A DNA stretch of 63,678 nucleotides, filler included. It is 5 parts of 5 records of this genome, joined end to end, with 100 filler letters (N's around TTAATTAATTAA, not from the genome) between each part and the next. Parts side by side here need not be neighbours in the genome. Positions count along the whole stretch, not along the records: positions 23,183 to 40,839 come from DRR378314_1166; positions 40,940 to 52,249 come from DRR378314_1168; 3 more parts are not named here. One strand, given 5' to 3'. Below, in pieces: positions 31,974-42,678 of this stretch; the first letter of the stretch is position 1; every line of letters starts with the position of its first letter. The notes below the pieces were generated by a model, which made no database searches, was not told the origin of the DNA, and worked only from the letters and a program-made list of their open reading frames with translations. The translations under genes were made by a program, and so were the position numbers.

Positions 31974-33247
31974 AAATCGTATTTGTTTTTCCACCTTTTC
32001 TTCAAAAAGTCTTTCATTGCATTTTCTCTGGGATTGTTTCCCGGTCGGTAAAAGCTAGTTCCAGTAATTTCATCCGGTAGAAACTCAAAATCCACAAAAT
32101 TATTTTCATGGTTATGGGCATAGTCATACCCTTTGCCATACCCTAAATCCTTCATTAATTTGGTAGGTGCATTCCTTAGCGGTATAGGCACTGAAAGGTC
32201 GCCTGTTTGACGCACTTTTTGCTGTGCCTCGTTAATGGCCATATAACTGGCATTGCTCTTTGGGGAACTAGCTAAGTAAGTAGCGCACTGGCTCAATATT
32301 ATCCGGGCTTCGGGATACCCAATGGTCGTAACGGACTGGAATGTGGTGTTGGCCAAAACAAGGGCTGTGGGATTGGCATTTCCGATATCTTCAGAAGCCA
32401 ATATGATCATTCGTCGTGCGATGAATTTCACATCTTCGCCACCCTCGATCATACGTGCCAACCAATAAACAGCGGCATTGGGGTCACTTCCGCGTATACT
32501 TTTAATGAAAGCGGAAACAATGTCGTAGTGCTGCTCGCCGGTTTTATCGTATCGTACCGTATTTTTCTGAACCTTATTTTGAACCAAATCATTGGTTATG
32601 GTAATTTTGTCATCTGCTTCCGAGTTGATGATGAGCTCAAAAATATTAAGCAGTTTTCTACCATCTCCACCAGATAGGCGCAACAAGGCTTCCGTCTCTT
32701 TTAATGCTATTTTTTTCTTGGAGAGGTTGGTGTCTGTTTTTATGGCACGTTCCAAAAGTGCGATAAGATCTTCTTTTCCAAAGGGGTTCAGGGTGTAAAC
32801 CTGGCATCTGGATAAAAGTGCTGGAATCACTTCAAAACTCGGGTTCTCCGTAGTGGCACCAATTAAGGTTACCCAACCTTTTTCCACGGCGCCAAGTAGC
32901 GAATCCTGTTGCGATTTGCTAAAACGGTGAATCTCATCAATAAAAAGAATAGGGTTTTTGGAAGTGAACAGGCCTCCACTTTGTTTGGCCTTTTCGATTA
33001 CTTCCCGAACGTCCTTGACTCCACTGCTGATAGCGCTTAAGGTGTAAAAAGGTCTTTTACTTTCGGTAGCTATAATGTTGGCCAACGTAGTTTTTCCGGT
33101 TCCAGGTGGCCCCCAAAAAATCAAGGAAGGAATCACGCCATTTTTGATTTGGGTGGTCAGAGCACCCTGTTTACCCACCAAATGTTGCTGACTTATGTAA
33201 TCCTCCAAAGTTTTTGGACGTATGCGTTCTGCCAAAGGTTCGTTCAT
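31970..33247 (-). CDS. rarA: Replication-associated recombination protein A
   Basis: [34 protein letters not shown] and SEDIGNA motifs. Confidence 0.96.
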   Translation of the reverse strand: MNEPLAERIRPKTLEDYISQQHLVGKQGALTTQIKNGVIPSLIFWGPPGTGKTTLANIIATESKRPFYTLSAISSGVKDVREVIEKAKQSGGLFTSKNPILFIDEIHRFSKSQQDSLLGAVEKGWVTLIGATTENPSFEVIPALLSRCQVYTLNPFGKEDLIALLERAIKTDTNLSKKKIALKETEALLRLSGGDGRKLLNIFELIINSEADDKITITNDLVQNKVQKNTVRYDKTGEQHYDIVSAFIKSIRGSDPNAAVYWLARMIEGGEDVKFIARRMIILASEDIGNANPTALVLANTTFQSVTTIGYPEARIILSQCATYLASSPKSNASYMAINEAQQKVRQTGDLSVPIPLRNAPTKLMKDLGYGKGYDYAHNHENNFVDFEFLPDEITGTSFYRPGNNPRENAMKDFLKKRWKNKYDF

Positions 33248-33367
33248 AGGTCAAAAATAAAATAAATTTGATGGTCTTTTGTTCTTGTTAAGGGAAAGGT
33301 TTACCAAGATTACCTGACAATTTGTATAAATTTAAGGTTATGGCCAGATGTTTGATTTTGTGAGGAT

Positions 33368-34090
33368 ATGAGTTCGGATTCATTTAAGTTTTCAAATGCA
33401 GTAGTTGTAGCCCCCTTGTTGGCGATATTGTCCATTTGGATTGTGTTTTGGGTAGAGGTACAGTTTGGAATCAACCTGAACGATTATGGGGTATACCCAA
33501 GAAGATTGTCCGGATTAAAAGGAGTATTATTTAGTCCGTTTATTCACGGTTCTATTGAGCATTTGTACAATAATACCATCCCTTTGGCGGTATTGACCGC
33601 CTTTCTATTCTATTTTTATCACAGCGAGGCACTTCGGGTGTTGTTGTTCGGGACGCTTTCATCTGGCTTGCTCACATGGGCAATTGCCCGTCCATCTTTC
33701 CATATTGGGGCCAGTGGTGTAATTTATTTACTCGCCAGTTTTATTTTTTTTAAAGGGATTTTGGCCAAGAATTACCGGTTGGTCGCGTTATCGTTGGTTG
33801 TAGTGTTTATATATGGCAGCATGATCTGGTATATATTTCCAGTAAAGGACGGCATTTCATGGGAAGGCCACCTTGCGGGATTTGCTACGGGTCTTGTTTT
33901 TGCGTTCATTACCAAAGTGCGTGTGCCCGAAGTGCAAAAATACGATTGGGAGCAAGAAGATTTCAACGAGGATGATGATCCATTTCTAAAGCATTTTGAT
34001 GAGCAGGGTAACTTTATAGAAACAAGCTCTGAAGACAACGAGCAAAAAATCGAAATCAAATATCACTACAAGGAATCCGATGAGGATTGA
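33368..34090 (+). CDS. Rhomboid intramembrane serine protease
   Basis: HLYNN, HIGASG and SWEGHLAG motifs. Confidence 0.92.
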   Translation: MSSDSFKFSNAVVVAPLLAILSIWIVFWVEVQFGINLNDYGVYPRRLSGLKGVLFSPFIHGSIEHLYNNTIPLAVLTAFLFYFYHSEALRVLLFGTLSSGLLTWAIARPSFHIGASGVIYLLASFIFFKGILAKNYRLVALSLVVVFIYGSMIWYIFPVKDGISWEGHLAGFATGLVFAFITKVRVPEVQKYDWEQEDFNEDDDPFLKHFDEQGNFIETSSEDNEQKIEIKYHYKESDED

Positions 34091-34174
34091 TTTTTTAAGT
34101 ATTTTGTTATCGAACTACTTTATAAATCAACCGGTCCACATCCCAACGTACTCTGCTGTATGGATGCAACAAAT

Positions 34175-37100
34175 TTACCTCAAAGAAACCTTGTGTCCAC
34201 CAATAGGTCCATTATTTGTTGTGTTTAACAATAGTGTTTCGTTATTGGCATTTTTGATTGCCTCAATGCTTTTCACGTTACCATTCATAAATAAACCTGA
34301 CTCTTGATGGGGTACGCTTATATATCCATCTTTGCCGTTTGAAAGTAATATTGTTCCAGATATGGCGTCCAATCGTGGAGTTTCAACCTCGGTTTCGTAA
34401 ATGTTTCCTGCGGCAATAATGTCCTCGTATCCATCTTGGTTAACGTCAATGGAGATACAGTCCAAAACAGGGAAGGTTTGACCTGAAACGGGAAGAAGGT
34501 GCTTTTCAAAGATAAGATTACCCTTGTTGATCAATACAATGGATTGGAGTTCGGTTACACTGTTTTCATAAGAAGAGTTTAATTTTTCTCCATAAATGTC
34601 CACTAGACTGGCATTCGCAAATTCGGAATACGTTTCAAATTTTTCTTTGATAAAAGGCATTTGCTGAGAAGAGCATTCCCTTCCACGCACCGGAACATAA
34701 GTTCCTTTGTATTTTTTGCTCAGGACGATATCATTGGTGCCGTTTTCATCAAAATCTGTAGCATATACCTTGAAGGGTTTTTCTTCGGAAGCTTTGAACT
34801 TGATGTTCAGGCCAACATTTCCGACCACATAATCCTTAAGGCCATCATTGTTAATATCGGTCTCTGTGACGGAGAACCACCATCCCTTTTCTTTTAATAT
34901 GGGATCTTCTTCCCCCATGTTTTTAAAGGTACCCTGTTCATTGATAAAAACACCAATCCCGGTCCATTCGCCAACAGCGATAAAGTCGGGCCAGCCATCA
35001 TTGTTGATATCCGTGGTCAGTAAATCGTTGATTATGCCAAAGCCCTCCAAACCTGGCAGTACTTCTTGGGTAACATCAATGAGTTTGCCATCTACATTTT
35101 CAAAAAGTATGGACGCTTGGTGTTTGGGGTATTGTTTGGGAATCACTCGGTTTCCTACCAAAATATCGTTGTCACCATCTTTATCAAAGTCGATGATGGT
35201 AACGGATTTCCCGTTTTTTGGAAATGCGGTGAGGGCATCGCTTTGCAGTCTGGTGTAATGCCCTTGGCCGTCGTTGATATAAATTCTATCTGTATGGTAG
35301 GAAGAATATTCAGCAAATTCATTTCCACCACTTACCACAAAGAGATCTAAATCGGTATCACCGTCAAAATCAAAAAAGACAGATTCCATATCCTCATGAT
35401 GTGCGTCATTTAAAAGGGCAGGGGAGTCTATTTTGGTAAAACCTCTACTGGACTGAATGTAAAGTTGTCCTGACTGCCCAGCGGCACCTCCTATATGAAT
35501 ATCTTCAAGTCCGTCGCCATTAATATCACCTTTGGTGATAAAGGGACCTAGATTGGATTGTTTGTAAGGAAGGAGAATCTCTGTTTCAAAATCGTCATAG
35601 AAATTTTCACTATGTGTAAAATCCAATCCTAATGCTTTAGCATCGAGTCCAGTAAAATAGGTGCTCTTTTCTAATGCTGAAGGAATCGGAGCAGTGGCTT
35701 CGCTTTCATTGAATGTAAGCGTAGAATTAGCTGGAACATTGAATTTCTGCTCCATTTTGCCCGATTTCCAATATACTGTTACCGTATCCACCGTACTTTG
35801 GTCTGCTAGTCCAAAAAAGGCCTTGGGCTCTTGGGCAGATCGGTAGCCACGGACCCTTTTTACTTCAACCATCTGGGAAGTATTACCAGCACTGATTTTT
35901 ACTTTTGCAAACTCTTCAGAAGAATCACCATTGGTTATTACCTTTAAGTAATTTCCAAGTTTATTTTCAACCGAAAGGTTTTTATAGACAAACGCGGCTT
36001 CATCCATGTTGTTTATGATGATATCCAAATCACCATCATTGTCCAAATCGCCGGAAGCAGCGCCATTGCTAAAAGAAAAATCTCCCAAGCCCCAATCCTT
36101 TGCGACATTATCATAAACAAGGTCGGATTTTCTTTTGTACAGGATGTTGGACAGTTTCTCGGAAGGCATGGACTCATAAAGCTGTTGTTTTACCTCCAAC
36201 GGAATATTTCGCCCATATCGTTGTCTTGCTTCAAAAACCTTTCTTTGCAGGTCGTTGTCAAGGGCATATCTTCGATAGCCGTTGGTAACATGTATTTCTT
36301 TATGTCCATCGAGGTCAAAATCATTCATCAGTACCGACCAACTCCAGTCTGTATTGGCTACCCCGGAAAGCTGGGCTATGTTGTTGAATTTGCCTCCTCC
36401 AATGTTTTTTTGAAGGGAGTTGTACATATATTGGTAATGGAAACCGGCCTTGTTTACCAGATAATCAAATCGTTTGGTGTTCATGGAGGCCATAAGGGTC
36501 TTGGAACGTACATGGTCGTTTGCAGCCATGTCCAATACAAAAATGTCCTGCAGGTCGTCGTTGTCCAGGTCGGCAATGTCTATGCCCATACCGTAAAAAG
36601 AAATTTGGTTGGTCGTTTCTTTTATGCGATCTGTAAAGGTGCCATCCTGATTGTTGATATATAACGCATCAGGTAGGTAATAATCGCTGGCCATATAAAT
36701 ATCCATCCAACCATCTTCATTAATGTCGGCAACGGCAAGACCTAATCCAAATATGGGTTTTTCAAGTCCTGCGGCTTTAGTAATATCTTTAAAGATTCCA
36801 CCATCATTCCGGTACAGATGGGATGAGTTGAAGTAGGCCGTTTCTTCATTGGAATTAACAAGCCGGTTAAAGCTGATAGGATCCATGCCGTAGAGTTCAT
36901 TCTCGTTCATAACCAGACAATCCAGATCACCATCTTTGTCCAAATCAAAAAATACCGATTGTGTGCTGATACCCATGTCTGCAAGCCCATATTGTTCGGC
37001 TTTTTCCTCAAAAGTTCCGTTTTGCTGGTTAATAAACAGTAAATTTTTTCTTTTGTACCGTGTATTGGGTCCACCTTGGGATACATAAATATCCATCCAT

Positions 37101-37516
37101 CCATCTTGGTTTATATCGACAAAAGTTACGCCGTTCGACCATACTTTTCCAGTATTGATTTGGGCTGATTCGGAGACATCCTCGAACACAAGGTCACCTT
37201 GGTTGAAGTACAGGGTGTTATTGACCTGGTTTCCGCAGAAAAATACATCCAATAGACCATCGTTATTGAGGTCTTCCATTCCAACCCCGCCACCATTGTA
37301 GAAGTAATCAAAATCGAATAGATTGTTAAGGCTGCCCACATCATGGATTATGGTGTTGGAAAAAGTAATTTGGCTTTTGTTGGCGTTTACTTTTTTAAAT
37401 ATGGCAATACTTTTGTCAGGAATATTTTTTGAATCTGGGGTAGAATCATTTTTCTTTTGCTCATTACAGCTCATCATGAGAATACTCAAAAAAATGGGCA
37501 TTAGCAGTCTATACAT
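34175..37516 (-). CDS. Large VCBS/FG-GAP repeat lipoprotein with an ASPIC/UnbV domain (CRTAC1-like)
   Basis: Lipobox LMMSC, YFYNGGGVG, many DxNxDGxxD repeats and RGYRSAQ..FFGL motif; 1113 aa. Confidence 0.88.
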   Translation of the reverse strand: MYRLLMPIFLSILMMSCNEQKKNDSTPDSKNIPDKSIAIFKKVNANKSQITFSNTIIHDVGSLNNLFDFDYFYNGGGVGMEDLNNDGLLDVFFCGNQVNNTLYFNQGDLVFEDVSESAQINTGKVWSNGVTFVDINQDGWMDIYVSQGGPNTRYKRKNLLFINQQNGTFEEKAEQYGLADMGISTQSVFFDLDKDGDLDCLVMNENELYGMDPISFNRLVNSNEETAYFNSSHLYRNDGGIFKDITKAAGLEKPIFGLGLAVADINEDGWMDIYMASDYYLPDALYINNQDGTFTDRIKETTNQISFYGMGIDIADLDNDDLQDIFVLDMAANDHVRSKTLMASMNTKRFDYLVNKAGFHYQYMYNSLQKNIGGGKFNNIAQLSGVANTDWSWSVLMNDFDLDGHKEIHVTNGYRRYALDNDLQRKVFEARQRYGRNIPLEVKQQLYESMPSEKLSNILYKRKSDLVYDNVAKDWGLGDFSFSNGAASGDLDNDGDLDIIINNMDEAAFVYKNLSVENKLGNYLKVITNGDSSEEFAKVKISAGNTSQMVEVKRVRGYRSAQEPKAFFGLADQSTVDTVTVYWKSGKMEQKFNVPANSTLTFNESEATAPIPSALEKSTYFTGLDAKALGLDFTHSENFYDDFETEILLPYKQSNLGPFITKGDINGDGLEDIHIGGAAGQSGQLYIQSSRGFTKIDSPALLNDAHHEDMESVFFDFDGDTDLDLFVVSGGNEFAEYSSYHTDRIYINDGQGHYTRLQSDALTAFPKNGKSVTIIDFDKDGDNDILVGNRVIPKQYPKHQASILFENVDGKLIDVTQEVLPGLEGFGIINDLLTTDINNDGWPDFIAVGEWTGIGVFINEQGTFKNMGEEDPILKEKGWWFSVTETDINNDGLKDYVVGNVGLNIKFKASEEKPFKVYATDFDENGTNDIVLSKKYKGTYVPVRGRECSSQQMPFIKEKFETYSEFANASLVDIYGEKLNSSYENSVTELQSIVLINKGNLIFEKHLLPVSGQTFPVLDCISIDVNQDGYEDIIAAGNIYETEVETPRLDAISGTILLSNGKDGYISVPHQESGLFMNGNVKSIEAIKNANNETLLLNTTNNGPIGGHKVSLR

Positions 37517-38000
37517 TGTTAAGAAAATTTTAACGCAATATCATAAAATAATCTTAAAAACCCAATAGCATTCAATCCTATTTTACAACTACGACATATG
37601 GGTATAAATACTGTGAAAAAATTAATAATCTGACAATAAAATCAATAAGAGATTGTCGTTTAGAGAAATATTTTTACAGGATAGGTTTAAACCAAAAAAA
37701 GTACTCCTAACCGTAAGCCATTATTGAGGTGTTATAATAATCGTATGCGCAGGTAACCAATGTAGACTAAAGTTCCGACTACAGGTGCTTAGACTTGCGG
37801 CTATGGTAATGGTGTCAGCATCTTGGTTTTTATCTCAAGAGTGTGTATTATTTTGCACCATATTACTATTAAAATATTCGGTGTGATTAAAGTTACAATA
37901 TGATGACTAAAACATTTTGATGAGCATGTTTGGCTATGCAGGAGCCAAGAAAAAATTCGAAATGAAAAGGTGTTGCAAGGAATTCGATCAGGATTGATTT

Positions 38001-38738
38001 TTAAGCCTTGCGTTGTCGGACCACTTCATAAAGAAAAACACCGCAAGCCACGGAGACATTCAACGAACCGATTTTTCCCAGAAGCGGTAATTTGGCTTTA
38101 TGGTCAATAATGCTCAGGGTGGAAGGGGAGATACCTTTATCTTCCGAGCCCATAATAATGGCAGTAGGTTTCTTGAAATCAATGCCGTAAATGTCATCTT
38201 CAGCTTTTTCAGTGGCTCCCGTAACCACAATTCCGGAAGATTGAAGATAGAAAACAGCATCTTTCAAATGGTCTACTTTGGCAATGGGCACGTTAAAGGC
38301 GGCCCCAGCGGATGTTTTTACGGCATCGTCCGTAATGGGTGCGGCCCCATTTTTAGGGATAATGATTCCATGGACGCCAGAACATTCCGCGGTACGGATA
38401 ATGGCACCAAAATTTCGTACGTCGGAAACACCGTCGAGCAACAAGAACAGTGGATACTCTTCCTTGGAAAGTGTTTTTTCGACCAATGCTTCAAAATTGT
38501 GGAATTCTACCGGTGATATTTGTGCTACGGCACCTTGGTGGTTGTTTCGGGTAAGGCGGTTGAGCTTTTCCACGGGAACGTAGGATAGGCTGATACCATT
38601 CTTGCGCGCAGCGGATTCCAGTTCTTTGAACAAATCACCTTTAAGTCCTTTTTGAACAAATATTTTGTTGATGGGCTGGTTAGCGTTTATCGCCTCCAGC
38701 ACGGCACGTATTCCGTAGACTGTTTCTTTTTTTTCCAA
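38001..38738 (-). CDS. rlmB: 23S rRNA (guanosine-2'-O)-methyltransferase (TrmH/SpoU family)
   Basis: HQGAVA, DVRNFGAIIRTA, GSEDKG and SLNVSVA motifs. TTG start at 38738. Confidence 0.92.
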   Translation of the reverse strand: MEKKETVYGIRAVLEAINANQPINKIFVQKGLKGDLFKELESAARKNGISLSYVPVEKLNRLTRNNHQGAVAQISPVEFHNFEALVEKTLSKEEYPLFLLLDGVSDVRNFGAIIRTAECSGVHGIIIPKNGAAPITDDAVKTSAGAAFNVPIAKVDHLKDAVFYLQSSGIVVTGATEKAEDDIYGIDFKKPTAIIMGSEDKGISPSTLSIIDHKAKLPLLGKIGSLNVSVACGVFLYEVVRQRKA

Positions 38739-38751
38739 TGACTTCAAAATA

Positions 38752-38783
38752 AAAAACCCACTGACCAAAGGTAGTGGGTTTTT
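38752..38783 (-). terminator. Rho-independent terminator
   Basis: AAAAACCCACT..AGTGGGTTTTT stem with T-tracts, just downstream of the stop at 38801. Confidence 0.75.
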
Positions 38784-38800
38784 GGTTAACTAAGATTCCG

Positions 38801-39544
38801 TTAGGAATTTAAAAGTTCAACGACTTTCATCAAGTCTTCCACGGAGCGGACCTTCATTTTATTTTCCTTGAAATAGATTTTGATTTTTTCCTTGTCCTCT
38901 CCCTTCAACAATCTTAATATTTTTCTGTTGGAGGTCTCAATTTCATCGATTCGGTTACCGCCCTCTTTTTCAATATAGTATTCGGTAAATTGTGAAAACC
39001 TGTTGGGAGTGGCCTTAACAAAGGAGTTAGCGGCCGGTGCCCCCTCGGTATATTTTACCTTTATTCTCTTGTACAGATTATATCGATCACCATCGACCAA
39101 TTCGGTAAGATATCCGTTTAAGGTGTTGTTGTTTTTATCGATAAAGGTCTTGAAGCTGAGTTTTTTTCCATCTTCCAGAACTGCAATCGATTTGTCCCGG
39201 CTCAAGCTGCCAATTTCAGTGTCCAGGGGCGAAGCTTTTATCTCAATTTCACCGTTGTAGGCATTGTAGCGATAATAGATTTCACCTACTCTTTTGTCTT
39301 TGTCAAAAAGCACGGTGGGCTGAAATTCGTTTGAGGTGTAAGGGGACCCTTGAAAATCGGTCACGTCCAGTTTGGTGTTTTTTTCGTCCATCATGGAACC
39401 TGTAATGTATCCTATTGCAGCAGTGCTGGCTCCTCCCGGACCGCCTTTACCGGCTATGACCGGGGATTGTCCCGCAAATTGAGCCATTGCACAATGAGCG
39501 GTAATCAGGGAAAGAAAAAATGTTAAAAATTTAATGGATTTCAT
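38801..39544 (-). CDS. Secreted hypothetical protein
   Basis: Signal peptide (..AMAQ), GSPY and RYNAYNGEIE motifs common in Flavobacteriaceae. Confidence 0.75.
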   Translation of the reverse strand: MKSIKFLTFFLSLITAHCAMAQFAGQSPVIAGKGGPGGASTAAIGYITGSMMDEKNTKLDVTDFQGSPYTSNEFQPTVLFDKDKRVGEIYYRYNAYNGEIEIKASPLDTEIGSLSRDKSIAVLEDGKKLSFKTFIDKNNNTLNGYLTELVDGDRYNLYKRIKVKYTEGAPAANSFVKATPNRFSQFTEYYIEKEGGNRIDEIETSNRKILRLLKGEDKEKIKIYFKENKMKVRSVEDLMKVVELLNS

Positions 39545-39745
39545 GTGTGGAATTTTTTTGTTATGTAACTGTAAACTAAAGCAAAACAATGGAAAACTAC
39601 GTTAAATAGATTATAAATTTTTAGCCTACTTGTGTTATAGTCGCGAATATCTGGATTTTATGGTTTTACTCCAACTTTTAAGCTTGGACAATTGATATTT
39701 GAGGAATAATTAAATCATTATTTAACACCGTAAATTTAAGTTTAT

Positions 39746-39779
39746 TAAAAAAATAACCCCCGTGCGCTCACGGGGGTTA
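39746..39779 (-). terminator. Rho-independent terminator
   Basis: TAACCCCCGTG-CGCT-CACGGGGGTTA stem followed by a T-tract on the minus strand. Confidence 0.85.
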
Positions 39780-39823
39780 ATAAATTTATTTTTAAAGACG
39801 AATCTTTGAAAAAGATTGTTCAA

Positions 39824-40792
39824 TTAAAGCTTAGTAAATGTCAAAGAAGCTTCATAGGTTCCGCCACATCCGCCGTCGGGATTAAAATCCTCGATAAGAA
39901 TGGTAAACTCTGAATCATCTTCTACGTCATAAGCTACGTTGGCTACCGCCGTTTGTCCTATACTACTACCATCACATCCCAAACTTCCAGAGTTAATGGT
40001 TCCTGAGAAGTTCTGGATTTCTCCACAAACAAGGTCAAAAGTGAAGGTATAGGCTGAATCAAATCCTCCCGGGTCATAGGTGAATCCAATGGACCTACCT
40101 GTCATTGAATTAGCTTCAACTGTTACACTCGGTTGGCTAAAACCATCAAAAATATCGAATGGTCCAGAGCCGCTGTTTTGGGTAATGGAATATTCTCCTT
40201 CAAAATAGCCATTTGGAACAAAACAAACCACGTTTGCCGTGTACAGGAAAGGAGAACTGAAGAAGGATCCGGTAATAGTACCGGTATTGTCGTCAAAAGA
40301 AAACCTTCTACCATCCGTAAGTACGAGTTCAAAACGCACGGTGAACTGATCACCTCCAAAGAAGGCATCACCCGGAAGGTCCAAAGCTTGTTGTAATTCC
40401 TCGTAACCGGCAGAATAAGTGAACCGTGGTAAACCGAATTCACCAGGCACACCCTCGGAAGCCGGTATTGTCTCCAACAACACCTCTGCTCTATCATCTA
40501 CGCCATCGGAAGTGTTATCGCGAAAACCTCCGTAAACTTCAATTTCAGAAAGCAGGTCGCCGTCTTCGGTATCCTGAACCTCAACAGTAGCTGAAAACCC
40601 ACCCTCAACTAAGACACTGTTGTCCAAGTCGAAAATAACTTCGTTCTGGTCTATGGCTATGGTTCTCAGTATAGCTCCTCTTGTGGTCTCAGCGGTGACC
40701 TCGTCAATGACCGCGTCACCATCGTCACAGGATGTGGCCAATAGCGCAACTCCCGCGAAGAGTATCGTAATATGTTTAAAACAATTTTTCAT
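39824..40792 (-). CDS. Acidic surface lipoprotein, probably the last gene of a SusC/SusD-type locus
   Basis: Lipobox LATSC followed by an acidic stretch; TRGAILRT and GSFFSSPFLY. An upstream ORF end (..SPTFPPAN-stop, 40811-40839) is cut by the contig edge. The Sus context is inferred. Confidence 0.7.
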   Translation of the reverse strand: MKNCFKHITILFAGVALLATSCDDGDAVIDEVTAETTRGAILRTIAIDQNEVIFDLDNSVLVEGGFSATVEVQDTEDGDLLSEIEVYGGFRDNTSDGVDDRAEVLLETIPASEGVPGEFGLPRFTYSAGYEELQQALDLPGDAFFGGDQFTVRFELVLTDGRRFSFDDNTGTITGSFFSSPFLYTANVVCFVPNGYFEGEYSITQNSGSGPFDIFDGFSQPSVTVEANSMTGRSIGFTYDPGGFDSAYTFTFDLVCGEIQNFSGTINSGSLGCDGSSIGQTAVANVAYDVEDDSEFTILIEDFNPDGGCGGTYEASLTFTKL

Positions 40793-40839
40793 ATTGTATG
40801 TTTTAGATTTTTAGTTAGCAGGTGGAAAAGTTGGACTTG

Positions 40840-40939
40840 NNNNNNNNNNNNNNNNNNNNNNNNNNNNNNNNNNNNNNNNNNNNTTAATTAATTAANNNNN
40901 NNNNNNNNNNNNNNNNNNNNNNNNNNNNNNNNNNNNNNN
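40840..40939. other. Artificial contig spacer
   Basis: N-run with a TTAATTAATTAA core. Confidence 0.98.
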
Positions 40940-40957
40940 TCTCTCTCTCTCTCTCTC
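40940..40957. repeat. (TC)n microsatellite at the contig edge
   Basis: Nine TC units. Confidence 0.85.
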
Positions 40958-41007
40958 GAATCTCTCTCTTTTGGGCGTCGTTTTTTTAATTTGGTGCCGG
41001 GCTGCAG

Positions 41008-42186
41008 GTTGTCGTGCTTTTCATGCAATGGCGTCACAGAGAGCATACCTGTTCCGCTTCGGAATGTGCACGAGCTCAAATGCCATTCGTGCAGCTGCGC
41101 GCAGCGCATTCTCTTGGATGCCCCGCGCTTTGTGCGCCGCGACGAGGCGCAGCGGCAGCGCCAGGCGCATCGGCAGCGAGGGGAGACTGGCGGCAGGGCG
41201 CGCGCGGCCCGCGCCCGCGCCGACGCTGCAGAGGGGATAGCAAAAGGCAAACCGCTGCCATCACAGGGAACTTGTGCTCACTACCGGTACGAATGCTGTG
41301 TAGTTGGAGACGATGCGGATGCGGCTGTCTGCGAGGCAGCGGTGTTCGAACGGGGAACTGGGGAAAGGCGTTCGGCGTGTGTGCGGAAGGGAAGGAAGCA
41401 CGTGCGCGTCGTTTGTGCTGTGTTTCGCTGGCTTCTCCCCATTGGCGCAGCAAATAGAGGGCGTGCATTAGTCAATCAAGTATTCACAGTCACTTTTTCG
41501 AGTGAAATAGTGTGTGATGTAGTGGTATACACTCAAGGATGTAGAAGGACCCATCGAGCATCGCGTTGCTTGGGCGGCAGTTGCTGCTGCGTGGTGTGTG
41601 TGTTGCCTCGCTGAGTGCGCGTGAGCGCCCACGCGCTCCCGGCACTTCCCATGTAAGTGAAATTTGCGCGTATGTGTGCGCGCGCTCTGGATACTGCGAT
41701 GTCCGTATCCGCATACGGTCGTCTCCTGTTATGCAGGCACTCGCACCGATGGTTCCGTTTTCCGTGCTGTGGGCGAGCGTTCCCGTGCGACTTGTGCCAC
41801 GAGGCATCGCCGTGTCCGGCGGCTGCTCTTGGCGTGCACGCGACTCGTATGATCTGCGGATACTGCGCGCACGAGTCGAGCGTGACAGACACATGTCGAT
41901 CGTGCCAGAAGCGTCTCGGGGCGAAGAATCCAGACAATGTGGCGCGCATGAGGTGCGCGTTGTCTCTTTTTTTTCTCTGTGGCGCTCGATCCGTGCCGCG
42001 CTATTTGCCGCGCGCGCAATCGCTGTTGCGCAGAGACCGGCGGCGCTCATACGTGCTCGTGTGTGCGCTCGGTGGCGATGCAGCAAGAATGACCCGCGCA
42101 AGTACCGAAACAAAAGCAAAACGATCTCACGAAAGAGCATGCGGCGAAAGAGGCAGCAGCAGGGCAAGGCTGGCGGGAAGGGCTGA
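41008..42186 (+). CDS. CHY zinc-finger protein, last three exons (5' partial)
   Basis: Exons 41008-41286, 41737-41952 and 42084-42186, GT-AG and in phase. Product: GKPLPSQGTCAHYRHSHRWFRFPCCGRAFPCDLCHE..RMICGYC..CRSC..MSKNDPRKY. Confidence 0.85.
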
Positions 42187-42678
42187 GCGAACAAATGCTC
42201 CAGCTGCGTTGGAGATGCAATGAAGGTCGATGCATGTATTCACGAGCCAACCCGCACGCGCACAGCTCGGCGGCTCGGCCCAGTGTTATGGTGGAATAGC
42301 GGCAAGCGAGCCGCTCGCTGCCTCTGCGAACAAGGACCGGGCCCGGGGAAGCCCGCGCACAGCATGCATCCACACACCACCATGCGCCACAGCGGCCGGA
42401 GCGAAGCGGCCGAGTACAAAAGGTCGGGAAAAGACGAACTCGCACCAGCACTTGGGTTGGCACAAGCATTACACAATGTCACAGGAGGCGCAAACACTGA
42501 GCACTCACGAGGAGAAAAAAATTTAGAAAAGTAAAGGAAAAAGAAAAGAAAAGAAAAACAAACACACAAAAGAAGACGCAATAGAAAGAACACACGCGAG
42601 AGCCCGCGCAACGAGGCGCCGCACGCGCGCGCCCTGAAGATGCGCACGCGCCGGCTCTCGGCAGTTTCCCGTCCGCTT

